Positions 51,501 to 60,831 of a stretch of 64,000 nucleotides of DNA are shown here, piece after piece. The number at the start of each line of letters is the position of its first letter. Position 1 is the stretch's first letter. Source of the DNA: a virus (Duplodnaviria > Caudoviricetes). The notes under the pieces are model-generated. The model did not search any database. It worked only from the letters and a program-made list of their open reading frames with translations, and was not told where the DNA came from. The stretch spans positions 51,936 through 115,935 of IMG/VR virus record IMGVR_UViG_2832702071_000001; one strand, 5' to 3'. Position numbers and translations under genes: made by a program.

Positions 51501-52327
51501 TGGAAACACAACGTCAAATTGATTTACTATCTAGAGATTCATCTATGCAGGCGCAATCTAGAGTAAGAGATTTGGAAGATCAACTAAGAGGGCAGGATAA
51601 AGAAATATCTGACTATCAAGAAGATCGTGAGCTGGAATTAAGAAAAGAATCGCTGAATTCGCAGCTAGATGAGAAACAAAATCAGATAGACCAAGAGCGT
51701 GAGTTAGAAAATAGTAGATATGATCAACAAAAATCTCAACTAGAAACAGATAAGGAAAACATCCAACAGTATTATGAAGATTTAATCAATAATGACCGTG
51801 AGTTTGCAAGAATGAGAGAACAAATATTGAACGGAAATGTAAGCGCAATGTCCAAGACGCTTAGAGGGTTTTCAAAAGACATAAATAATAATATGGAAAT
51901 AATAGGGAGAAGTATATCGAATAATTTAATAGACAAAATATCGGAAGCAAATAGTCTATTAGGTAATGTAAATATTGGATATAGTGTAATGACTAATTCA
52001 ACTAAATTACCAAACAACATCCAACAATTTGATACGGGTGGTTACACAGGAGATTTCTCTGGTGGCAAGTTGGGCATATTAGATGAAAAAGAATTGATTC
52101 TTAATAAGTCTGATACTAAAAACCTTATTGAAGCGTTGGGTATTGTACGAGATATACCAAGACAAAACCTACAATACAAAACAGCTCAACCTCAAAATCA
52201 AGACAATAGCAAAAATACGTCTTTTTATGTTGAGAATCTACATGTCCATGATGTTCAAGATAGAGATAGCCTATTAGAAGAGATGAATGATGGTTTAGAG
52301 CAAAGGGGGTTTCAATTTAAAAGATGA
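48578..52327 (+). CDS. Tape measure protein, exon 2 (spliced product about 1710 aa)
   Basis: NSLKTIYTRL, hydrophobic segments, long coiled coils, FDTGGYTG. Confidence 0.88.
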   Translation, partial: NSLKTIYTRLTTMQPAIDSLASVGVSVKDMSGEMRPVTDILEDLALKWDTLNAEQQQNLGVTLAGRFQVSRFLTLMQQWDTATQVTTTSLESQGSAMREQQEYSESLEARLNRLSNAGTSLSQSMGDAFLSDGIVVFTEAIAGMANEYEDLIEFIGFLPPTLGAAGVAVTAFSSNIRGMGTALLFGTSSMDKAKVSALGLEQGMTRGAVATATLKTALRGLATATIVGIAFAAVGFAIEKLTSAIGGAIKRQKELEEQTDRSMESLSKEKDNVEDLVDRYEKLSNINRNNQQEEEYVNLQNELAELLPTVKIGEDEKGNAILANTDIIRDNIAATERMLELERANNRATASGTIESNRGKIQENNTQLDEYENELRKWSDEMANSANDYAMSKAEEQFNYYKSKFQNLSSENIELIEATNKAYESLVSTVDGLSSVDISWVGRIATDMQYSKVEAEKLAQQVATVRNELGGGFSLEGLDANSINSIVSAINSISDSANMSTVDLARVETELRKNGVSASQASQAISVLTGEKEKLASASTDSANAQASETDAMSDNTEATWENASASDMLFGVTADQISQAQQAIQVVATLSQMENLNAQQKRMLTDATAFLANMYPELSGNIAANINTISSEITAMADLNDASGNNAYTMMSNQDAVTMSTIEASNQRILALQKEARALQDIVNSHVETQKSFGDGNVASNGFINHVINKEIPKVNAQLSKARSTRRDVTYGNFVPSDYKSNYSNSPRYSGSSSGSSSGGSGGSSGARSSSKEKENQKDILDAINSQIDAYERKAKMLNDNIAIEEYHLDQYEKTDKGYRERQKNIAKLKKQQANYQKDTINYINDQINGNKRLNKEQRNELKDTLISTKETYYSTLSEINSINQEIKDSYKAIADEIVEVYKEAYEKQQEIALSVIDNELKALEDSHSKKINMLDEEISAYEEVINKKIESLDKDKENADYQEKLEEMQKERLETQRQIDLLSRDSSMQAQSRVRDLEDQLRGQDKEISDYQEDRELELRKESLNSQLDEKQNQIDQERELENSRYDQQKSQLETDKENIQQYYEDLINNDREFARMREQILNGNVSAMSKTLRGFSKDINNNMEIIGRSISNNLIDKISEANSLLGNVNIGYSVMTNSTKLPNNIQQFDTGGYTGDFSGGKLGILDEKELILNKSDTKNLIEALGIVRDIPRQNLQYKTAQPQNQDNSKNTSFYVENLHVHDVQDRDSLLEEMNDGLEQRGFQFKR

Positions 52328-53085
52328 TGTATGATACAGAGTTTAACTTCGGCGGTAGATGGTCTTATGACATGGGTGTTATTAAAGTTAAACTTGATAA
52401 CGGCTTATTTGAAGATCCTATTGTCGCATCAAAGACTATTAAAGAGGAAAAAATTGAAGGTCGGAAGCGACCTTATTTTTATGGGGTTGACTATAGCCCC
52501 ATAACTTTCCCTCTTGATATTTATTTTGAAAATAATTTGTCTGAAGAAAAAATCCGAGAAGTTTTAAGATGGCTTAATACTGATAAATACGAAAGATTTT
52601 ATATGAATAGCAGCCCGGATAGAGTTTGGTATGCCATGATAATTAACGATATTACATCTATTCATAATGGAATACGTGACGGATATATGAGACTAAATAT
52701 GAGGACAGATAATTCGAATGCACTAACCCCCTTCTCTTCCTCTAGAGTGCACACTTTTGTGAATAATAGTGATGGAGAGACCATTGATTTTATAAATGAA
52801 GGTGATTTTTCATGTAAGCCAATCATTAATATTGTAAAGCGTGGTCAAGGAGATGTGACCATTAAAAATCTAAACAATTATACTGGAGATTTCAAATTTA
52901 CTGGTTTAAATGATGGTGAAAAACTAATGATAGATTGTGAAAATAAAGAAATTGAAACTAGTGAACCTACGTATAGATATGATGATTTTTCTGGAAATTA
53001 TTTAGAATTGGCTCGTGGCTACAATAGAATTAGTGTAGATGGCGATTGCGATTTGTGGTTTGATACTGAGTTTGATATTTATTAA
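52324..53085 (+). CDS. Distal tail protein (Dit)
   Basis: Follows TMP; IEGRKRPYFYGV...YLELARGYNRI. Confidence 0.8.
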   Translation: MMYDTEFNFGGRWSYDMGVIKVKLDNGLFEDPIVASKTIKEEKIEGRKRPYFYGVDYSPITFPLDIYFENNLSEEKIREVLRWLNTDKYERFYMNSSPDRVWYAMIINDITSIHNGIRDGYMRLNMRTDNSNALTPFSSSRVHTFVNNSDGETIDFINEGDFSCKPIINIVKRGQGDVTIKNLNNYTGDFKFTGLNDGEKLMIDCENKEIETSEPTYRYDDFSGNYLELARGYNRISVDGDCDLWFDTEFDIY

Positions 53086-53105
53086 AAAGGAGGTGTATTC
53101 TCGAT

Positions 53106-55946
53106 TTGTTTGACATAGATAGAAACAAGAAAATACCTGATCTAGACCTATCTTTACATAAGCCAAACGAACAGCAAGTTGGTAGTTTAACCGATGCGTA
53201 TAACAGAAGTGGCTTATTTAAATATGCTCAATATAATGAATTAAGCTTAACTATTCCAAAATACGTTACAAGAAAACATGAAGTAATTCCTTATAATGAC
53301 TTTAATTTAATAAGAGATAAATATTTGGTGAAAGCAACATATGACAATATTTTTTCGGAATATATGATTGTAGCCAAGATTAAAAAGTCAAAATCAAATG
53401 GTATGCCTATAAAACAAGTAACTCTTCGCTCAAGACAATACGAATTAAATGGTAGAACACTGAGAGAATTAGAAGCTCTATCCTACACTCCTGAAGAAAT
53501 TTTAAATTTAGGGTTAAAAGGGACAAATTGGACTGTTGGCATAATAGATGATGAATTTAATGAGCCAGATAGTGAAGGTTTGCGACCAAGAAGGTCATTT
53601 GAGGAGACGAAGATAACGGTTTTAAATCTTTTATATAAGATTGCAGAAACATTTGGTGGTATATTGTATTTTGATACATTTAATCGGACGGTCAATTTAC
53701 ATACACCAGAAAACATGCAGAAAGATAAAGGGTTAACTGCTTATTATGGTAAATATATTAAATCTCTAGATGAAAGTATAAATGGAGATGCAACCACGAC
53801 AAGATTATTCATATATGGAAAAGATAATTTAACAATTAATGAAGTAAATCCTACAGGTCAATCGTACTTGGAGGATTTTTCTTATTACATGGAAGGCTAT
53901 GAAACCGATGAAAACGGCGACGTAGTTAGTTCATCGCCTTATATGTCTGACGAATTATGTCAAGCTTTAATTGATTATAACTTATTGCTTATCGAAAACG
54001 AGGGGAATTTCCAATCGTTATTGAGTGAACTGAATTCTTTTTATGAAATACTAACAACAAAAAATAATGAAATGTCTACCCTGCAAAATGAAATGGATAT
54101 AATTGAAGATAGTTTGGATATTGCTAAGGCAACGAACGAACCAACAGGCGAGTTAAAAACTCAAAGAAACAACAAACAGTCTGAAATTGACGCAAAACAA
54201 GAAGAAATTGATGATATCGAAGCAGACATACAAATTATAAATAATGATATAGATGATTTAAACAACCTTTTAAGCTTGGAAAATAATTTTACAAACGAAC
54301 AAATAGCTGAGAAGAATAATTTTGTTTATGACGGCGAATGGTCGGATGAGAATTATTTTGATGTAAATGAATTATATGAAAAAGGCAAAGAAGTAATAAA
54401 GAAAATGCGTGAACCAACTAAGGACTTAGACCTGTCTTTAGTTAAGTTTCTAGATTCAATTGAATCACAAAACGATTGGGATAGAATTGGATTGGGATAT
54501 AGAATACACGTAAACTATCAGCCATTAGATTTAGAATTTAATGCGATAATAACCGAAATGTCTATAGGATTTGATGATCAAAACAGAGATCTTGGTGTAT
54601 CAATATCTAATGTTGACTTTAAAAATGAAAAAGATAAATTTTTAGATATGTTGTATGGTACAGCGGTATCCGCATCGGAACGAATTAAAAGTAAAGGTAA
54701 AGAGTGGAGCGATAACATAGATAAAACGAATTACCTTGCTGAATTTCTGGAAAATCCTTGGGAGACTTCTAGACAAAGAATTAAAGCAGGTGTAGATGAG
54801 ACTGTAGATATATCAAGGCGTGGAATCATAGTTAGAAACCCGAATTTTCCAAATGAAAGGTTACATATAACAGCAGGAGTTCTTGCTTTATCACTCGATG
54901 ATGGTGAAACATGGTCTACGGCGATTAGCCCTTATGGAGTGGCGGCACAAGTGATAATAGGAAAGCTAATTGTTGGTGAAAAACTAGAAATCGGCGACGA
55001 AGAAGGAACATTCACCATAAAAGGTAATTTACTTACTATCCAAGATAGAAACGAAATTGTTCGTGTTAGATTAGGAGAATATTCTGCTAATAAGTTCGGT
55101 CTACAGTTAATGAATGGTACAGGCAACGAAGTTATTTTAGATGAAGATGGTATACTACAAACTTGGCAAGAAGGTAGAACTGATAATGTTGACACCTCTA
55201 ATGGTTTAAGATTATATGTTTATCTTCCACCAGAAACATTATCTGTCAGGAGAGCCTTATTAAATTTCAGAGTCCTCCCCTTTCGCTCTTACGCTGGTAC
55301 AACAGAATCTGGCGGCTCTACTACACAAACTAGCTCGAATGGAGGTTCTTCCACACAGACTAGCTCTAGTGGCGGAGGGGTTAGTAAATCAACTAACAGT
55401 GGTGGATCTACTACAAGAACTAGTTCTGCAAATGGAAGCCATAGGCATAAACTTTTTAGTTATAATTCAACCCCCGGCACGGTGTACGGTTGGAGAAGAT
55501 ACGATACAACTTCTTCTGTAAACGGACTAACGCCTGTTTCACTAGATTTAAGAGTTGGCGCTGATGGTGTTGATATCTATACTGCTGAGGCTTCTGGAAA
55601 TCATAGTCACTCAGTATCGATTCCTTCACATAGCCACAGTTTTTCAACGCCAAACCACACACACTCGGTATCCATTCCATCACATAACCACTCAGTGTCC
55701 ATCCCATCACACACTCACGGAATAGATCATGGGATATATACCAGCACATTTGCAACGGGAATTGGTGTGATAGTGAATGGTATTAATCGAACTAGTGCAT
55801 TGGGCGGAAAATTCAATTCAAGTCAAGCAAACATAGATATAGACCAGTATCTAAATGTCGGCGAATGGAATGAAATTGAATTAACAAGTGATAGGCTTGG
55901 AAGGATTGATGGGAATATTTTTATTCAGGCATTTATGGGCACGTAA
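53106..55946 (+). CDS. Tal/baseplate hub with a C-terminal HxH-repeat fibre tip
   Basis: TTRLFIYGKD, VNPTGQSYLEDFSY; S/T/G repeats and HSHSVSIPS repeats. Confidence 0.8.
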   Translation: MFDIDRNKKIPDLDLSLHKPNEQQVGSLTDAYNRSGLFKYAQYNELSLTIPKYVTRKHEVIPYNDFNLIRDKYLVKATYDNIFSEYMIVAKIKKSKSNGMPIKQVTLRSRQYELNGRTLRELEALSYTPEEILNLGLKGTNWTVGIIDDEFNEPDSEGLRPRRSFEETKITVLNLLYKIAETFGGILYFDTFNRTVNLHTPENMQKDKGLTAYYGKYIKSLDESINGDATTTRLFIYGKDNLTINEVNPTGQSYLEDFSYYMEGYETDENGDVVSSSPYMSDELCQALIDYNLLLIENEGNFQSLLSELNSFYEILTTKNNEMSTLQNEMDIIEDSLDIAKATNEPTGELKTQRNNKQSEIDAKQEEIDDIEADIQIINNDIDDLNNLLSLENNFTNEQIAEKNNFVYDGEWSDENYFDVNELYEKGKEVIKKMREPTKDLDLSLVKFLDSIESQNDWDRIGLGYRIHVNYQPLDLEFNAIITEMSIGFDDQNRDLGVSISNVDFKNEKDKFLDMLYGTAVSASERIKSKGKEWSDNIDKTNYLAEFLENPWETSRQRIKAGVDETVDISRRGIIVRNPNFPNERLHITAGVLALSLDDGETWSTAISPYGVAAQVIIGKLIVGEKLEIGDEEGTFTIKGNLLTIQDRNEIVRVRLGEYSANKFGLQLMNGTGNEVILDEDGILQTWQEGRTDNVDTSNGLRLYVYLPPETLSVRRALLNFRVLPFRSYAGTTESGGSTTQTSSNGGSSTQTSSSGGGVSKSTNSGGSTTRTSSANGSHRHKLFSYNSTPGTVYGWRRYDTTSSVNGLTPVSLDLRVGADGVDIYTAEASGNHSHSVSIPSHSHSFSTPNHTHSVSIPSHNHSVSIPSHTHGIDHGIYTSTFATGIGVIVNGINRTSALGGKFNSSQANIDIDQYLNVGEWNEIELTSDRLGRIDGNIFIQAFMGT

Positions 55947-55992
55947 TAATTATGATTTAATATAACAAACAAACGAATGAGAGGAAGATTCT

Positions 55993-56196
55993 ATGATGGT
56001 TAGAGTAACAACTCATAGTGGTGAAGATGACACTGTTGAGGTTTTGAATTACGATGCACAAAAGATTACTAAGATGAGAAATGACACTGATATAGAGTCT
56101 ATTCAAATTGGTGATGGTTCATATTCGAGGATCGATATAAAAACAGTTAAGCCAATTGAAGAACTAGATGTTTCTACTTCTGACGCAGAGGCTTAA
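55993..56196 (+). CDS. Small hypothetical protein
   Basis: GAGGA SD. Confidence 0.65.
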   Translation: MMVRVTTHSGEDDTVEVLNYDAQKITKMRNDTDIESIQIGDGSYSRIDIKTVKPIEELDVSTSDAEA

Positions 56197-56328
56197 TAAA
56201 ATAACTGTTTTATCGGAAAAATCAAGCCAAATATATTAGTAAATAAAAGAAAACAAGAGGAAAATGAAGACTAGATTATGGGTAGGACTCCCCTACCCTC
56301 TTAATTGGGTTTATAAAGGAGGAGTTTT

Positions 56329-59300
56329 ATGGCATATGAATACGAAGATCCAATTATACATCAACCACGAGCTGGTACAAGTGAAGACCCTTTAAAAGAA
56401 ATCGAAGAACCTTTAATTATAGACAATAGCGGAAAAGTTCAATTGACAGAATATCCAGATAGATTCTACAGGGTTATTGTAACAGGTGAAAACCAATCTT
56501 GGTTTGAAACAGAAGACAGTGTTCCAAATGAGAGTTCATATCGTGTCGACTATGAGAGAAAAACAATTCACTTTAATATAAACAATATTGGAAAACAACT
56601 ATCTTTTCGTTATTTAGGTAGAGGGAACGGTTTTATACCTGTCAATTCAATATATGTTGAAAGAAATGGTCTAACTATTGTCGAGACTTTAGATGGTCTG
56701 ATCACATCTGCTCAAGATGCTAGAGATAATGCTAATCAAGCAGCAACTAATGCAAATAATGCGGCACAAACCGCTCTAGATGCTGCTGATACTGTACAGG
56801 AAGTCTTTGATGCGGCGGAAACGTTAGTGAACGACACAAGTTATAAAGAACCTTATAATGAAACTACCACTTATTCTAAAAATAATGTAGTAACATTCAA
56901 CGGTGCTTCATTTATGGCTAAACAAGAGACCACTGGAAACCAGCCACCAGACCCTTCCACATCAGAAGAAAATGATTATTGGGGATTACTTAGTCGTAAA
57001 GGTGCTGATGGTAATGGTACTGTTGCAACACACAGGCAAAAATTTGTAGCAAATGAAGGTCAGACATTATTCAATTTAAATTATACATATGACCAATTTC
57101 AAAATAGAGTTGAAGTAACTGTCGGTGGCGTTCCACAGTATGGTTTTGAAGAAACAACATCTACTTCTGTAACTCTATCCGAAGGAGTTCCTTCTGGTGT
57201 AGAAGTAGTTATATCTTATTTCGGTGAGTCTGCCCCTATTCAATCAGATATTCAGACTACCGTTGATAACCATACGACGGAGATTAGCAATCATTCTGTT
57301 AGCATAAGTGAGCACACAGATAGTATTAACACAATTAATTCGGATTTGGCAGAAAAAGCGAATCAAAGTAAATTGAATGAAACAAACCAAAGTGTATCTA
57401 ACTTAGAAGCCAACAAAATGGATAAAGACACAATGGATATTTCTGCTTTACAAATTAATAAAAATCTAGGTAAATTTGATCAAACCTATATGACAGATGA
57501 ATTTTTACAGCAGATGACAGGAAATACACCAATAAATGCGGTGCCTGCGGATAAAAGTTTAACAACCGAAAAGTTTGCCGATAAATCTGTAGCTCCAAGA
57601 ATTGCATCGTTCATGCAACCGAAAGGTAATTTATTAAAAATTTATGATATTAAAACGATTTCAGGGGCAAGAATTTACGGTTTATCTGGAAGTGTTGCAA
57701 CGGATTTGACGGAATACTCCTATATGGAAGATTATACTCCAGTTATTGGTGGTCTTCATTATTGGTTTGGCGGTAGCGGTACTACTCAAAGTGGAGGCGT
57801 TAGAAGCTTCGCTTGGTACGATGGAAACCTTAATTATATATCTGGATCAGAAGACCCTGTAGCTCGCCCTATTTTAGCGCCTGAAGACGCTCGATATTTT
57901 AGAGGGAGTTTTTTAACGACAGAACAGGAAAGTGGAGCAGTCCCTTTGTACTTTATACAATCAGAAGTGGCAGACAACGAAAATGGATATAAAGTCAAAA
58001 ATGATATGGGGAACGATAACGAAAATGAATTATTTGGCTTCAAGGAAAATGTACTATTCCCTGATAATTTAAATAGTAATATTGTGATCTACTCATTTGA
58101 ACCTGTCAGAGTTGACTTCACCAATAAAACAATAAGATTTTCTGATGGTAGTACGACGAGGGTTTTATTATCCGATAAGACTGTGAACATTCCAAGTGAC
58201 ACTTTGGTACATTTTGATCTACAAGCTAATTTTCTTGCTATTGTTTTGAATACAGATAATGGTGTCCCGTTTGTAGTTGATTATCAAGACGTACAGAGTA
58301 GTATAAATCAAAACACAGTTATGATTGGTTTTATTGATTTAAATAAAAAATCAATATTTATGAATTGCAATAATATAATTGGAGATTTCCTTAACCCTAA
58401 CGATGCGTTTGTCATGATCAACGGAACGGAGCCAGTATTAGTAGATTTCGTTGAAAATACAGTATCGTTTTCTTATGGTACAACACCTAATTCAATAACT
58501 CATAAGATTATTACAAGGAATAGCACTTTTGAAATTCCAAAAAACACTGTATTAACTATTGATACGAGTGATAGTGCGGTAAGGGCTTTGGTTTATGATG
58601 CGCTAGACAATTCTTTATCCTTACCTAGATGGAATGAGTCTTTAAGATCACATCAACTGCTTTTAGGTGTTATAAATACGCTTAACGAAAGTGTGTTTAT
58701 GCAAGGTAATTACAAAATCATAAAAACACCGGGAAAATATACCTCTAATGTAGAAAATCCACTAGGATATGATTTAGAAGATTGTTCCTATTCGTGGTGG
58801 ATAAGTCCATTAGCTATTAGGTATCAGGGTATACGTGATAAGACTTATATTGGATATACGAACAGTTTGGGAGATACAGGTGTTGCTAGTATAAACAATA
58901 AAATGGATGATTCAGTTGTTAAGTATCATTTAAAACGTTTTGATTCAGATGACCATAATGCAGCATCCGTAAATATTAGAGAAGACGGAAGGATTCTAGC
59001 AGTATTTTCGGGTGGTCACAACACTGATAATTATATGCGTATACGGATTAGTAAAAAGCCTGAGAGTGTTGAAGAATGGGAGGATGAAATAGCTATCGAT
59101 GTAGGAGGTTCTACAACGTACGCAGAAACGTTTTATAAGAATGGTGTTTGGTATATTTTTTATCGTCATGCTCAAACAGGTTGGAAATTGTTAAGAAGTT
59201 TTGACGATGGAGTTACATGGGATTCTCCAATCCCTATACTAGATAATGACAATGATTTATATTATTTGTTAGTGAAAGAAACGACGGATGACAATATTCT

Positions 59301-59928
59301 TCGTTTTGTATTGTATAGTAATCCAAATGGTTCTGATACTAATATAAGAATGGGTTTTCTGCACCTAGACACAGGTGAAATAATGGATTCTGATAATACA
59401 TCGATATTAGGAACGCTTACTCAAACTGATTATATTCAGTCTACCAATTTTTCAATTGTTGTACCGGTCAGCTCGCAAGAAAGAGAGAATCGTTTGCTAG
59501 ATGTAGCAGTAACGGAACCAAATGATATTAAGATTGTGTATGCAGATTTCGCTACGATTATAGAACACCAAGAGTATGAGACAAGATACGTAGTGTATGA
59601 TAACGGAAACGTCTACGATTTAGTTGACGCAGGACAACCATTTGGCATTTATAGTAACTATGTCGGAGGTATGATTTTTGATCCCAGAGATAGTAATGTT
59701 GCATATTTATCAAGACAAGCATCTACGGACGACTGGAGATTAGAACAGTGGAGGTTTGATGGTTCCATTTGGACAATGAACGAGGAAGTAACTAGGGGTA
59801 AATTGGTTATTAGACCGACATTTGAAATCGGTGGGGATAAGATTTTTTGGCAAGAAGGTATGTATACCAGTGGTGTTGGCGTGGATGGGTTTCAAAATGA
59901 TTTATATTACAAAACGATTGTCCTTTAA
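56329..59928 (+). CDS. Tail fibre/spike with a C-terminal BNR-repeat (sialidase-like) domain
   Basis: N-terminal baseplate-like region and coiled coil; SWW...KTYIGY...DDHNAAS and Asp-box SFDDGVTW. Confidence 0.75.
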   Translation: MAYEYEDPIIHQPRAGTSEDPLKEIEEPLIIDNSGKVQLTEYPDRFYRVIVTGENQSWFETEDSVPNESSYRVDYERKTIHFNINNIGKQLSFRYLGRGNGFIPVNSIYVERNGLTIVETLDGLITSAQDARDNANQAATNANNAAQTALDAADTVQEVFDAAETLVNDTSYKEPYNETTTYSKNNVVTFNGASFMAKQETTGNQPPDPSTSEENDYWGLLSRKGADGNGTVATHRQKFVANEGQTLFNLNYTYDQFQNRVEVTVGGVPQYGFEETTSTSVTLSEGVPSGVEVVISYFGESAPIQSDIQTTVDNHTTEISNHSVSISEHTDSINTINSDLAEKANQSKLNETNQSVSNLEANKMDKDTMDISALQINKNLGKFDQTYMTDEFLQQMTGNTPINAVPADKSLTTEKFADKSVAPRIASFMQPKGNLLKIYDIKTISGARIYGLSGSVATDLTEYSYMEDYTPVIGGLHYWFGGSGTTQSGGVRSFAWYDGNLNYISGSEDPVARPILAPEDARYFRGSFLTTEQESGAVPLYFIQSEVADNENGYKVKNDMGNDNENELFGFKENVLFPDNLNSNIVIYSFEPVRVDFTNKTIRFSDGSTTRVLLSDKTVNIPSDTLVHFDLQANFLAIVLNTDNGVPFVVDYQDVQSSINQNTVMIGFIDLNKKSIFMNCNNIIGDFLNPNDAFVMINGTEPVLVDFVENTVSFSYGTTPNSITHKIITRNSTFEIPKNTVLTIDTSDSAVRALVYDALDNSLSLPRWNESLRSHQLLLGVINTLNESVFMQGNYKIIKTPGKYTSNVENPLGYDLEDCSYSWWISPLAIRYQGIRDKTYIGYTNSLGDTGVASINNKMDDSVVKYHLKRFDSDDHNAASVNIREDGRILAVFSGGHNTDNYMRIRISKKPESVEEWEDEIAIDVGGSTTYAETFYKNGVWYIFYRHAQTGWKLLRSFDDGVTWDSPIPILDNDNDLYYLLVKETTDDNILRFVLYSNPNGSDTNIRMGFLHLDTGEIMDSDNTSILGTLTQTDYIQSTNFSIVVPVSSQERENRLLDVAVTEPNDIKIVYADFATIIEHQEYETRYVVYDNGNVYDLVDAGQPFGIYSNYVGGMIFDPRDSNVAYLSRQASTDDWRLEQWRFDGSIWTMNEEVTRGKLVIRPTFEIGGDKIFWQEGMYTSGVGVDGFQNDLYYKTIVL

Positions 59929-60013
59929 ATCATAGTTGGAAGAAAACGCGAAGTAGCTATAAAATATTTGTATGGAATAGAAAGGAGATAATTACAAACA
60001 TTATCTTAGGAGA

Positions 60014-60418
60014 ATGGAAATGGATAGAACAAAATCAATTGAAGAACGAATTGGAGTACTGGAATACGCTTCCGAAGATCAAGAACGAAGATTGAGGATA
60101 CAAGAAGAAAATAATAGGGCGTTAATTGAAATATCACAATTTGTTAAATTACAGACTGAGCACAATGAAAGGCAAGAAAGACAGATGGAGAATGTGACAA
60201 ATATCATGAGTACGGTTCAGAATGATGTTTCATCTCTCAAAGGAGATGTTGGTTATGTGAAATCATCTGTTAATAGTGTAACCAAAGATGTTGAAAAAAT
60301 GAAGAAAGAAGATTTACAGGAACTAAAACAATTTAAAAGCAAGTCTTGGGATTTTTATCTAAAGATTGCAGCAGGGGTTATCCTTGCTGCTCTTCTTTTT
60401 TATTTAGGATTAAAATAA
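60014..60418 (+). CDS. XhlA/hemolysin-like lysis accessory protein
   Basis: Coiled coil plus C-terminal TM segment, upstream of holin. Confidence 0.6.
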   Translation: MEMDRTKSIEERIGVLEYASEDQERRLRIQEENNRALIEISQFVKLQTEHNERQERQMENVTNIMSTVQNDVSSLKGDVGYVKSSVNSVTKDVEKMKKEDLQELKQFKSKSWDFYLKIAAGVILAALLFYLGLK

Positions 60419-60436
60419 TTTTAGGAGGAATTTAAA

Positions 60437-60700
60437 ATGAAAAATTTTGACAAAGGTACTTTAATTAGAACGTTAGCATTAGTGTTAGCTTTAGCAAACC
60501 AGATTTTCGCCATCTTTGGTGTAGAACAACTACCTATTGATGAAGACCAAATTAACACTTTTGTTGAACTAGGATATCAGTTATTTTCTGTTGCCGCTAC
60601 ATCTGTCGCTGCTTTAATCGCTTGGTTTGAAAATAATTATATCACTAAAAAAGGTAAGGCTCAAAAAGAAGCGTTGCAAAAAGAAGGATTAACTAAATAA
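60437..60700 (+). CDS. Holin (SPP1 family)
   Basis: DKGTLIRTLALVLALANQ...LPIDE...AWFENNYITKKG. Confidence 0.9.
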   Translation: MKNFDKGTLIRTLALVLALANQIFAIFGVEQLPIDEDQINTFVELGYQLFSVAATSVAALIAWFENNYITKKGKAQKEALQKEGLTK

Positions 60701-60831
60701 AACACAGATTTCATCTGATAAATTTAATCAAATATGGTAGTAAAATAGAGAAAATGAAAGAAAATCAAAGGTGTTTTTTATATGAGTGGGGATCACTCCC
60801 CTACTCTATTTTTATATAAAGGAGTGAATAC

